Shown here: one piece after another, positions 38,626 through 47,348 of the stretch
Position numbering within the stretch: position 1 is the stretch's first letter
Layout: the number at the start of each line of letters is the position of its first letter
Program-made: the position numbers and the translations under genes
Origin: Candidatus Krumholzibacteriia bacterium
Lineage (GTDB): Bacteria > Krumholzibacteriota > Krumholzibacteriia > LZORAL124-64-63
Direction of reading: 5' to 3'
Length of the DNA: 64,000 nucleotides
NCBI GenBank assembly: GCA_046484865.1
Contig: JAWOID010000061.1
Span: 1-64,000 of the forward strand
The notes under the pieces: generated by a model
What the model was told of the DNA's origin: nothing
Seen by the model: only the letters and a program-made list of their open reading frames with translations
Database searches by the model: none

Positions 38626-40128
38626 ATGGGCAAAGGCAACGGCAAGCAGGAGGCGCAGAGCAAGCGATCGGACCCGCCGGGCGAGCGCGGCGATCCGGAC
38701 CGGCAGAAGACGCAGGACGACAAGGCCGAGCCGGCCGAGCGCGCCGGCCGAGCCGCCCAGCTCGTGGTCATCGGCGGCGGCCCCGCCGGCTACCTGGCGA
38801 TGTTCCGGGCCGCGGAGCTGGGTCTGGACGTCACCCTGGTCGACCCCGAGGAGAATCCCGGCGGCGTCTGCCTCTATCGCGGCTGCATCCCCTCCAAGGC
38901 GCTGCTGCACGCGGCCAGGGTCATCCGCGAGGCGGAGGACTCGAAGCTGCTGGGGCTGAAGTTCCGGCCGCCCGAGATCGATGTGGACCGCCTGCGCGCC
39001 TGGAAGGACGAGGTGGTCGGCAAGCTCACCGGCGGTCTCGGCCAGAAGGCGCGCAAGCTGAAGATCCGGCACCTGCGCGGCCGGGCGCGGTTCGTCGACG
39101 CGCGCACCCTCGCCGTGGAGCTCGTAAACGGCGGCGGCACCGAGCGGGTGCCGTTCGAGCAGGCGATCGTCGCCACCGGCTCGGAGCCGGTCGCGCTGCC
39201 CGGCGTCCCCGCCTCCGACCGCGTCATGGATTCCACCGGCGCGCTCGATCTGCCGGAGGTACCGAAATCGCTGCTGGTGATCGGCGGCGGCTACATCGGG
39301 CTCGAGCTGGGCAGCGTCTACGCCGCGCTGGGCAGCAAGGTCTCGGTGGTGGAGATGACGGCAGGTCTCCTGCCCGGCGTGGACCGCGATCTGGTCTCGG
39401 TCCTCAAGCGGCGGCTGGACCACCAGTTCGAGCGCATCCTGCTGAACACGAAGGTGGCGTCGCTGAAGGCGCAGAAGTCGGGCGTGAAGGTGATGCTGGA
39501 GAACGCCGGTGGCGAGACCGACTCACAGCGCTTCGACCGGGTCCTGGTCTCCATCGGCCGGCGGCCCCTCAGCCGCGACCTCGGGCTGGAGAACACGAGG
39601 ATCGAGGTCGACGAGCGCGGATTCGTGAAGGTGGACGGCCAGCGCCGCACCGCCGAGCGCCACATCTTCGCGATCGGCGACGTGGCGGGCGAGCCGATGC
39701 TGGCGCACAAGGGCTACGCCGAGGCGCTGGTGGCGGCCGAGGCGGCGGCGGGACGCAAGTCGATCTACGAGCCGCGGGGCGTTCCGGCGGTGGTCTACAC
39801 CGATCCCGAGATCGCCTGGGTGGGCCTCAGCGAGACGGACGCCCGCGCCGAGCAGCGCAAGGTCAAGACGGCCAAGCTGCCCTGGCGCGGCAACGGCCGC
39901 ACGCTCACCCTGGGCCGCGATGACGGGATGACCAAGATCCTGATCGATCCGGGGTCGCGGCGGGTGCTCGGTATCGGGCTGGTGGGGCCCGGCGCCGGCG
40001 AACTGGTGGCGGAGGGCGCTTTGGCGCTGGAGATGGCCGCCGTGGCGGAAGACCTGCGCCGGACCATCCACCCCCACCCCAGCCTCTCCGAGACGATCTT
40101 CGACGCCGCGGAACAGATCGTGGAGTGA
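38626..40128 (+). CDS. lpdA: Dihydrolipoyl dehydrogenase E3 (copy 2)
   Basis: GGGPAGY, GGVCLYRGCIPSK, HPHPSLSE motifs. Confidence 0.95.
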   Translation: MGKGNGKQEAQSKRSDPPGERGDPDRQKTQDDKAEPAERAGRAAQLVVIGGGPAGYLAMFRAAELGLDVTLVDPEENPGGVCLYRGCIPSKALLHAARVIREAEDSKLLGLKFRPPEIDVDRLRAWKDEVVGKLTGGLGQKARKLKIRHLRGRARFVDARTLAVELVNGGGTERVPFEQAIVATGSEPVALPGVPASDRVMDSTGALDLPEVPKSLLVIGGGYIGLELGSVYAALGSKVSVVEMTAGLLPGVDRDLVSVLKRRLDHQFERILLNTKVASLKAQKSGVKVMLENAGGETDSQRFDRVLVSIGRRPLSRDLGLENTRIEVDERGFVKVDGQRRTAERHIFAIGDVAGEPMLAHKGYAEALVAAEAAAGRKSIYEPRGVPAVVYTDPEIAWVGLSETDARAEQRKVKTAKLPWRGNGRTLTLGRDDGMTKILIDPGSRRVLGIGLVGPGAGELVAEGALALEMAAVAEDLRRTIHPHPSLSETIFDAAEQIVE

Positions 40129-40162
40129 CCCGGCCGCACCGTAATCCGCCGTGGTCCGTCTG

Positions 40163-40192
40163 TTGATTTAGAGTTTCATTTTATGCTATGAT
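40163..40192 (+). promoter_or_regulatory. Candidate sigma70 promoter TTGATT-N18-TATGAT with extended -10
   Basis: AT-rich patch upstream of the M6 protease; TGC precedes TATGAT. Confidence 0.55.
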
Positions 40193-40433
40193 GCGCGCCG
40201 AGCGTCGCGCCGCGATCAGGGAGGGGAAGGGGATCCCCCCGGGTCGCCGACGCCGGCAGTACGGATCGCCCTCGCCTTGACCGGACAACAACAGGTCGAC
40301 ACCTCGCCCGCGCACCGGACTGCGGCGGGCCGCCCGAGCGGCCGGCGCCTGGTGTCCCGTGTCCTGTGCGCCTGCGTCTCTCGCCGGGCGCCGCTGCGGC
40401 GCGGTCGTTCCCCACCGCCCAGGGAGGTCCGTC

Positions 40434-43400
40434 ATGCACTCCTCGCCCGCGGTCTCCGACCCGGTCGCCTCGCCGGTGACCGGATGTTCGCGTCCCACCC
40501 GGACGTGCCCGGTCCCTTCGGTCCTCGTCGTCCTCGCCGCCGCCGTGATGCTGGGGGGCCTCTCGGCTTCCGCCCTCGCCATGCCTCCCCGTCCGGTGCC
40601 CCACGACGAGCACGGCATGCCCGTGGCCGCCGGCCAGGCGGCCGACAAGTCCCTCGAGGCACTCGCCGGCCCCGGGGTCGACGCCCCTTACCACGGCAAC
40701 TCGCCGCCGCGCACCGGCACGGCGAACCTGCCGGTGCTCCTGATCGACTTCCCCGACCGCGCCGGCGTGATCGCACCGGCGCGCTTCGACACCATGCTCT
40801 TCCATCTGAACCAGGCGTGGCCGACCGGCAGCATGAGCGAGTACTTCCGGGAGAACGGCACGCTGTCCATTTGGGGCCAGACCCATGGCTGGTTCAGGAT
40901 GCCCGCGGCGTCCACCGTCTACGTGAACGGCTTCGGCGGAATGCTGGACACTTATCCACGCAACTCGCAAGGCGCAGTCTTCCAGGCTGCGCAGTTGGCG
41001 GACCCCGCCATCGACTTCAGCCAGTACGACAATGACGGCCCCGACAACGTCCCCAACTCGGGCGATGACGACGGCTTCGTCGACTGCGTCATCGCGGTCT
41101 TCGCCGGCTACGCCGCCGAGTCGTACGTTCCCGCCAGTGCAGGCAACCGCATCTGGTCCCACTGCTGGTACCTGGACGCTGGTCGCGGCCCCGGACCGTA
41201 CGTCACCAACGACATGGGCGCGAACGGCCAGTTCATCAAGATCGACCTCTACACAATCCAGTCTGAGCTGCGGAACACCTCGGGAACGATCATCCGCGAC
41301 ATCGGCGTGTTCTGCCACGAGTTCGGCCACGCCCTCGGCCTGCCCGACCTCTGGAGCACCTGCCCGGCCGTCTTCCAGTCGACCCACGGCGTCTGGAACG
41401 GCGTCGGGGAATACGACCTCATGTGCCTCGGCGGCTGGGGGGCGGGCGGGGCCGCGCCCGACCAGCCGCACCACCTGAGCGCTTTCGGCAAGGCCCTGCT
41501 CGGCTGGGCGAACACCATCTACGTGTCCGTGGACCTGCCCGGCTGCACCATACCGGCGGTGCAGTCCTCCCGCACCGTCTACTCCAGCTTCCCCTTCCTC
41601 ACGGGACCGCCCGTGGACACAGCGCCCATCCAGCTTCCGCCGCAGATGGACCTGCTGCCGCCGCCCTTCGAGGGCTGGATCCTCGAGAACCGCCAGTCCG
41701 ACCTGCCGGGCCAGCTCTTCGACCGGAACCTGCCGGGTTCAGGCTTGCTGCTCTACCACTACGACGGCGCGGTCGGGCTCCGCGACTACGACGCCGACGG
41801 GCTGGCGAACTGGTACGACAACGACGTGCAGTGGTCCGAGCGCTGGCCCCTGCTCGCGGTCGAGTGCCCCGACCAGACCGGCCCCGACCACTCGTTCGAC
41901 AACGACGACCTCGCCCTCCAGAACAACAACGGCGACCAGTTCGATTTCTTCTACCAGGGCAATCCCTTCGGAGACGTGTTCGACTGGAACACGTCGCCCT
42001 CGAACCTGAACCACTCGGGCGCGGCCACGTTCTTCGCTCTGCGCAACGTCGGTCCGAGCGGGACGACCATGACGGCGGACATCATCGTGGGTACACCGGG
42101 CGGCCCCAACCACGACATCTGGGTGAAGGACTGCGATCGCGACGACGGCAGCGAGCCATCCACGGCGAACTGCGACTGCCCGGGCTATCACCGCCAGTAC
42201 TCCAGCCCCGACGTGTGGTTCGACAACGACGGAGACGGGCGGCTCGATGCGCCGGTCGGCGGCTGTCCCAACCGCATGTTCCTGAAGGTGCGCAACGCCG
42301 GCCCGCAGCCCATCGACTACGCAACCGTGCAGGTCTTCGAGATGTCGGGCTACCTCAGCCTGCCGCAACCCGTTGCTCCGCCGGTGCATCCGTTCTCCGG
42401 GATGGCGCGACTCTGTTCGACCACGGTGGCATCCATCGGAGCGGCGGACAGCGCGACGGTGCAGGTGTGGGTGAACATGCCCGTTATTCCGCCGGGATCG
42501 TGGCCGCCGCACCTGGGCATCCTGGTCCAGACCGCCGTGGACACGCTCACGGGGTTCTGCACCAGTCCGGACGACAACAACCTGGCCGAGAGCAGTTCCA
42601 GCTGTCTGTACTGGAGTGCCGGTCAGCCAGCGCCGAAGTCCGCCGCGGCCACCGCCGCATCGGGGGGCGACCTGCCGAGCGTCAAGCGAGCCGCCGCAGG
42701 CACCGCCGCGGCGACCTGGTCCGGCGCCGCACCGCCGAGCGTCGCGCAAGCCGCCGTGGCGCGGCTGGAGATGACGGAACCGATCCAGGTCGTGGTCCCG
42801 GTGAACAATCCGTTCGAGGCGCCCCTGGAGGTGACCATCGCCGCCGAGGCCGAGCTTCCCCTTGGCTGTGCCGTGGAGTTCTTCCTGCCCGAGATCGATC
42901 CAGCAGCCGTCGTTCTGCCCTACACGTTCGTCCTCGACCCGATGCAGGTGACGCCGCTGGAGGTGGTCGTCCTTCCCGGCGAAGGCGTGGTCCACGGCGT
43001 GACCGGCTGGCTGGCGATACTCGAGTACGAGGCCGCCCTTCACCCGCTGCCCGAAGGTCTGCTGGGCAGCATGCACTTCGAGCTCGGCGCCGACCTGTTT
43101 CCGCCGCTGCCCGTGGGCGACCTCGCCGCGGAACTCGTGAGCGACGAGCCGTGCCTGCCCGATGGAGGCGCCGTGCGACTGGTATTCCAGCCGCCCCTCT
43201 TCGATGTGGCCGGCTTCGAGGAGGACCTCTCGTTCTTCGTGATCTACCGCGACACGGTCCCGGACGTGGAGATCGATATCGCGAAGCTCATCGGCAAGTG
43301 TGCCGCCGATGCCGACGAGGAGACCGCCGCCTGGGAATGGGTGGATCCGGAATGGGCGCTCGACGCGACCGGCCCCACGCCATATTACCGCGTGGTGGCG

Positions 43401-44606
43401 GTGGATGAGGCCGGCAACGCGAGCGAGGCTTCGGCAGTGGCGTGGCCGGAACTGCAGCGCCACTATCTCGACCACGACGCAGGGGCGGTGCGCGTCACCT
43501 TCACGGACCAGGGCAGTTTCGGCTGGATGGAGCCGAACGGTCGGGGCAGCGGCTTCCAGTATCCGCAGGCTTCGCCGAGTCTCCTGTACGCTGGCGGTCT
43601 CTGGGTGGGGGCCGGCGCGGACTACGTGGCGAGCCGCGACTATCTGGACGACGCGGCCGACTGGGAGTCGTCGGTGGATCCCGCCGGCGCCATCCGGCCG
43701 AGCCCGCCAGAGTGGCTGCCGCCGGTGGAGCCGCAGGGCCTGGTGGCCTGGTACCGCGACACCGGCGCCGACGCCCCGGGCACCTGGCTGGTGCGCCAGG
43801 CGAGCTTCGCCTGGAGCGATCCGGCCGGCGACGACTTCGTCCTCGTCAACACGAAGCTGATCAACACCTCCGACGCGGCGGTCACGGGGGCTCATGCGGC
43901 GGTCTTCGCCGACTGGGACGTCGTCGATGCGTTCGCCGACGAGGGAGGCGCCGACGAATACCGCGATCTCATCTACTGCTGGCACGGCAGCGGCCCCTAC
44001 GTGGGCATTCGCGTGCTGCATCCGGCGCCGGCCGCCAACCTCTCCCACATCCACAACCCGACCTGGGTCTGGCCGAACTCGTTCCTGAGCGATGGCGAGA
44101 AGTGGAACTTCATGGTCGGCAGCGATCCCGCGCACCGCATGCGCACCACCCACGAGGCCACCGACTGGAGCATGGTGGCGGCGGCGGGGCCGTTCTCGGT
44201 CGCACCGGACGACACGATGGACGTCTGGTTCGCCCTGGTCGCCGGCCCCGATCTGCCCTCGCTGCTGGCGCATGCCGACGAGGCGTTCGCGAGGTTCGTG
44301 GCGCACGCTACGTTCGTGGAGGACCGTGTCGCGCCCCTGCCTCGGTCTCTCGTGGTGAACGCCAACGTGCCCAACCCCTTCAACCCGGTGACGGAGATCC
44401 GCTACGTGCTGCCGCAACGCTGCAATGTAGAGGTGGCGGTCTTCGATCTGCTCGGGCGCCGGGTCGACACGGTGTTCGAGGGCATGCAGACCGCCGGCCC
44501 GCACGCGGTCTCGTGGTGCCCGGAGCGGCTGCCGAGCGGCACCTACCTGGCCCGTGTCCGCGCCGCCGGCGATACGGGCGTGCGCAAGATGGTGCTGATC
44601 AGATGA
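40434..44606 (+). CDS. Large secreted M6 (immune inhibitor A-like) metalloprotease with accessory domains and a FlgD-Ig/T9SS-like C-terminal domain
   Basis: PVLLIDFPD, SMSEYFRE, IDFSQYDND, IWSH, HEFGHALGLPDL, YDLM, LENRQ motifs; C-terminal NVPNPFNP.TEIRY...VFDLLGRRV...SGTYL. Confidence 0.9.
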   Translation: MHSSPAVSDPVASPVTGCSRPTRTCPVPSVLVVLAAAVMLGGLSASALAMPPRPVPHDEHGMPVAAGQAADKSLEALAGPGVDAPYHGNSPPRTGTANLPVLLIDFPDRAGVIAPARFDTMLFHLNQAWPTGSMSEYFRENGTLSIWGQTHGWFRMPAASTVYVNGFGGMLDTYPRNSQGAVFQAAQLADPAIDFSQYDNDGPDNVPNSGDDDGFVDCVIAVFAGYAAESYVPASAGNRIWSHCWYLDAGRGPGPYVTNDMGANGQFIKIDLYTIQSELRNTSGTIIRDIGVFCHEFGHALGLPDLWSTCPAVFQSTHGVWNGVGEYDLMCLGGWGAGGAAPDQPHHLSAFGKALLGWANTIYVSVDLPGCTIPAVQSSRTVYSSFPFLTGPPVDTAPIQLPPQMDLLPPPFEGWILENRQSDLPGQLFDRNLPGSGLLLYHYDGAVGLRDYDADGLANWYDNDVQWSERWPLLAVECPDQTGPDHSFDNDDLALQNNNGDQFDFFYQGNPFGDVFDWNTSPSNLNHSGAATFFALRNVGPSGTTMTADIIVGTPGGPNHDIWVKDCDRDDGSEPSTANCDCPGYHRQYSSPDVWFDNDGDGRLDAPVGGCPNRMFLKVRNAGPQPIDYATVQVFEMSGYLSLPQPVAPPVHPFSGMARLCSTTVASIGAADSATVQVWVNMPVIPPGSWPPHLGILVQTAVDTLTGFCTSPDDNNLAESSSSCLYWSAGQPAPKSAAATAASGGDLPSVKRAAAGTAAATWSGAAPPSVAQAAVARLEMTEPIQVVVPVNNPFEAPLEVTIAAEAELPLGCAVEFFLPEIDPAAVVLPYTFVLDPMQVTPLEVVVLPGEGVVHGVTGWLAILEYEAALHPLPEGLLGSMHFELGADLFPPLPVGDLAAELVSDEPCLPDGGAVRLVFQPPLFDVAGFEEDLSFFVIYRDTVPDVEIDIAKLIGKCAADADEETAAWEWVDPEWALDATGPTPYYRVVAVDEAGNASEASAVAWPELQRHYLDHDAGAVRVTFTDQGSFGWMEPNGRGSGFQYPQASPSLLYAGGLWVGAGADYVASRDYLDDAADWESSVDPAGAIRPSPPEWLPPVEPQGLVAWYRDTGADAPGTWLVRQASFAWSDPAGDDFVLVNTKLINTSDAAVTGAHAAVFADWDVVDAFADEGGADEYRDLIYCWHGSGPYVGIRVLHPAPAANLSHIHNPTWVWPNSFLSDGEKWNFMVGSDPAHRMRTTHEATDWSMVAAAGPFSVAPDDTMDVWFALVAGPDLPSLLAHADEAFARFVAHATFVEDRVAPLPRSLVVNANVPNPFNPVTEIRYVLPQRCNVEVAVFDLLGRRVDTVFEGMQTAGPHAVSWCPERLPSGTYLARVRAAGDTGVRKMVLIR

Positions 44607-44799
44607 GGGGAGCAACTGCTCCTTGCCGCCTGCGCCCGGGTGGGGTGGCGCCCATCGCCCATGGGACACCCGGGTGCAGGCGGAGGTCGATAGGTTGCGC
44701 GTATCCGAGGACACCGCTCAGCGGCGGCGGGGCCCGAGAGATCCTCGTTCCCCGCGAGCACCTCCTATGAGCCGGAAAGATGAATTTTTGAACTCGGGG

Positions 44800-44828
44800 T
44801 TGATAGCTCACCTGAACCATGGTACGGT
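44800..44828 (+). promoter_or_regulatory. Candidate promoter TTGATA-N17-TACGGT
   Basis: Correctly spaced hexamers with a TG extension. Confidence 0.4.
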
Positions 44829-44949
44829 GTCGCAAGTCCGTTGTCGGTGGGCGCGGCTCCTCTGGCCTCGCGCTATTCTCGCCCCCCCCCCCCGCGAGTC
44901 GCCGTTCCGCCTGGCAGGTTCATCGATACCCGTTCGAGGAGGCCACCCC

Positions 44950-45456
44950 ATGCGCCGATTGCTGCTGCCTCTCTGCACCGCGCTGCTCCTGGTCGCTGCC
45001 GCGACCGCCGCTCAGGCCCAGATCGACGTCGAGATCGCCTTCGATCCGGCCGTCGTCGACGCCGGCGGAGACGTCACGCTCTTCACCAGTATCGAGAACC
45101 TCGGCAACGAGGCCGTCGATGCGACCCTCGAGGTGACCTTCGCGGTCGACAGCTACGTCTTCGGCCCGTTCACGGCCGTCGTTCCGCTGGCGGCCGGCGA
45201 ATTGCTGAGCCACGAGTTCACGTTCACCGCCCCGCTCCTTCCTGTCGACGTGATGCTGACGATCGACGTCGTGGCCACGGCGGGCGAGTTCACCGACGCC
45301 GACACCGCCACCCTGACGATCACCGGTACGCAGGGCGGAACCGCGTCCAGCGACGCGTTCGAGGGCATCCTGCAGGCCTACACGGTCGATCTCTCCGGCT
45401 CCACCGTGGGCGCGAACGCGGCCTCGCTGAGCGACGTCAAGAAGATCTACCGGTAG
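44950..45456 (+). CDS. Small secreted Ig-like protein with a C-terminal amphipathic tail
   Basis: Signal peptide (AAQA), beta-rich body, ends TVGANAASLSDVKKIYR. GAGGAGG RBS. Confidence 0.8.
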   Translation: MRRLLLPLCTALLLVAAATAAQAQIDVEIAFDPAVVDAGGDVTLFTSIENLGNEAVDATLEVTFAVDSYVFGPFTAVVPLAAGELLSHEFTFTAPLLPVDVMLTIDVVATAGEFTDADTATLTITGTQGGTASSDAFEGILQAYTVDLSGSTVGANAASLSDVKKIYR

Positions 45457-45467
45457 TTCCCACCTCA

Positions 45468-45497
45468 CCGGCGGCCACCCCCCGGGGTGGCCGCCGG
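45468..45497. terminator. 13-14 bp GC stem-loop
   Basis: CCGGCGGCCACCCC-CC-GGGGTGGCCGCCGG directly after the stop at 45456. Confidence 0.6.
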
Positions 45498-45518
45498 GTG
45501 ACCCATCCGGGCGACATC

Positions 45519-47225
45519 ATGCGCATGACACCGTTCAGCCGTTACCATCCACCGTCCCGGTGCCGCCGCCGCGCCAGGATCGCGGCCGCCGTCCAGAGGC
45601 CGGCGACGTTGACCGCCGTCCTGCTCGCGCTCGCGGCCGGGTCGCCGGACCTGGCGAGCGCTGCCGATTTCACGCTCCAGCGAACCTATCTGGGTGAGGC
45701 GCCTCTCGATCAGTTCGGCATCGCCGTGGCCGGCGCGGGCGATGTCGACGGTGACGGGCGGGCCGACTTCCTGGTGGGCGCGAACGTGAACGACGAGTTG
45801 ATCCTCAGCGGCGGCAAGGCCTACCTGTTCCTGGGCGGTCCGGAGTACCCCACCGCCGCCGCCCTGACGTTCGCGGGCGACGTCGAGCGGGGGTACTTCG
45901 GCCAGATCCTGACGGGCGGCGGCGACCTGAACGGCGACGGTCTCGACGACTGGGCCGTGGGAGAACCCGGTCCCGGGCCCGACGGCACGCATCCGGGGAG
46001 AGTCCGCGTGTTCCTGGGCGGGGATCCGCCCTCCGACGTCCCTGTGCTCACGCTCACCGGCGAAGTCCCCGGCGGGCAATTCGGGGCCGCTCTGGCGCTG
46101 GTGCCCGATCTCGACGGGGACGGTCATGCGGACCTGGTGGTCGGCTGCCCCCGGGCCGGCGACGGCCGGGTGTTCATCTACCGAGGCGGACCCTTGCCGC
46201 TGGATCCGACTCCCGCCCGGGTGTTGAATGCGCGTCCGGGCGATCAGCGCTTCGGAGCCAGGCTGGCCTGGCTGCCGGATCGCGACGGCGATGGCAAGGA
46301 CGACCTGCTGGTGGGGGTCCCGCGCAACTCGGATGGTGGCGCCTGGTCCGGCGCCGTCCTGCTCTACGCCGGTACCGCGGACCTGGACACCGTTCCCGAC
46401 CTGGTGCTGCAGGGCGAGGCGGCCGGCGACGAGTTCGGCGGCGCGCTCGCGGCCGGGCATGACGTGGACGGAGACGGGCAGCCCGACCTCCTGGTGGGCG
46501 CCCCGTTCGCCAACGCCGGCGTCGTGGTGGATGCCGGCAAGACCTACCTGTATCGCGGCGGCACCGCCCTCGACGACGTGGCTGACCTGGTCCTGACCGG
46601 CGCCCAGAACGAGGAACGCTTCGGCACCGCCGTGGCGCTGGGGTTCGACTGGAACGGCGACGCGATCGGCGACATCGCCGTGGGCGCGCCCGGTTTCGAT
46701 GACGAGATGGTCCTCGACTCGGGACGGGTGGCCGTGTTCGGGGGCGGCACGCTCGATACCGTGCCGATCGCCGTCGTCCCGGGCCCGCGGGAAAGCGCCC
46801 ACCTGGGCACGTCCCTCGCCGCAGCCGGAGACGTGGTCGCCGGCAGCCGTGGCGTACTGCTCGCCGGCGGTTACAACGGCACCGACACCGGGCGTGTCCT
46901 ACTCTTCGGTGCAGCGCCGGACCTCACGCCCGCGCCCCCGCGGCCAGCCACCGCGCGGCTGTCGGCGCCCTGGCCCAACCCTGCCAACCCCCGGGTGTCC
47001 GCAAGCCTGCACCTCCAGCGCGCCGGCCGGTGGCAGGTGGCGGTGCACGACCTGCGCGGCCGGCGCGTGGCGACCCTCCTGAACGGCCACCTACCGTCCG
47101 GCGAGCACCGGATCGTCTGGGACGGCGCCTCGGATCGCGGTGCGCCGCAACCCTCCGGCATCTACCTCCTGCGCGCCGAAGGTGGCGGAACTCCGCTGTC
47201 CGCCAGGGTGACCCTCGTGCGCTGA
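45519..47225 (+). CDS. FG-GAP (integrin-alpha beta-propeller) repeat protein with a FlgD-Ig/T9SS-like C-terminal domain
   Basis: Seven FG...GDVDGDG..D.LVGAP-type repeats; C-terminal PWPNPANP...HDLRGRRV...WDG...SGIYLLR. Confidence 0.9.
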   Translation: MRMTPFSRYHPPSRCRRRARIAAAVQRPATLTAVLLALAAGSPDLASAADFTLQRTYLGEAPLDQFGIAVAGAGDVDGDGRADFLVGANVNDELILSGGKAYLFLGGPEYPTAAALTFAGDVERGYFGQILTGGGDLNGDGLDDWAVGEPGPGPDGTHPGRVRVFLGGDPPSDVPVLTLTGEVPGGQFGAALALVPDLDGDGHADLVVGCPRAGDGRVFIYRGGPLPLDPTPARVLNARPGDQRFGARLAWLPDRDGDGKDDLLVGVPRNSDGGAWSGAVLLYAGTADLDTVPDLVLQGEAAGDEFGGALAAGHDVDGDGQPDLLVGAPFANAGVVVDAGKTYLYRGGTALDDVADLVLTGAQNEERFGTAVALGFDWNGDAIGDIAVGAPGFDDEMVLDSGRVAVFGGGTLDTVPIAVVPGPRESAHLGTSLAAAGDVVAGSRGVLLAGGYNGTDTGRVLLFGAAPDLTPAPPRPATARLSAPWPNPANPRVSASLHLQRAGRWQVAVHDLRGRRVATLLNGHLPSGEHRIVWDGASDRGAPQPSGIYLLRAEGGGTPLSARVTLVR

Positions 47226-47348
47226 CGGGTTTCGACGACCACGTCTCGACATCGTTCAGCATCCACCCGCCGACTTGCCGCCGGACGGCGACGGCCGCCC
47301 CGCTTTCGGCAGGACGGCCGCCGCATTTCCTGGTGACCGCGGGTGCCG

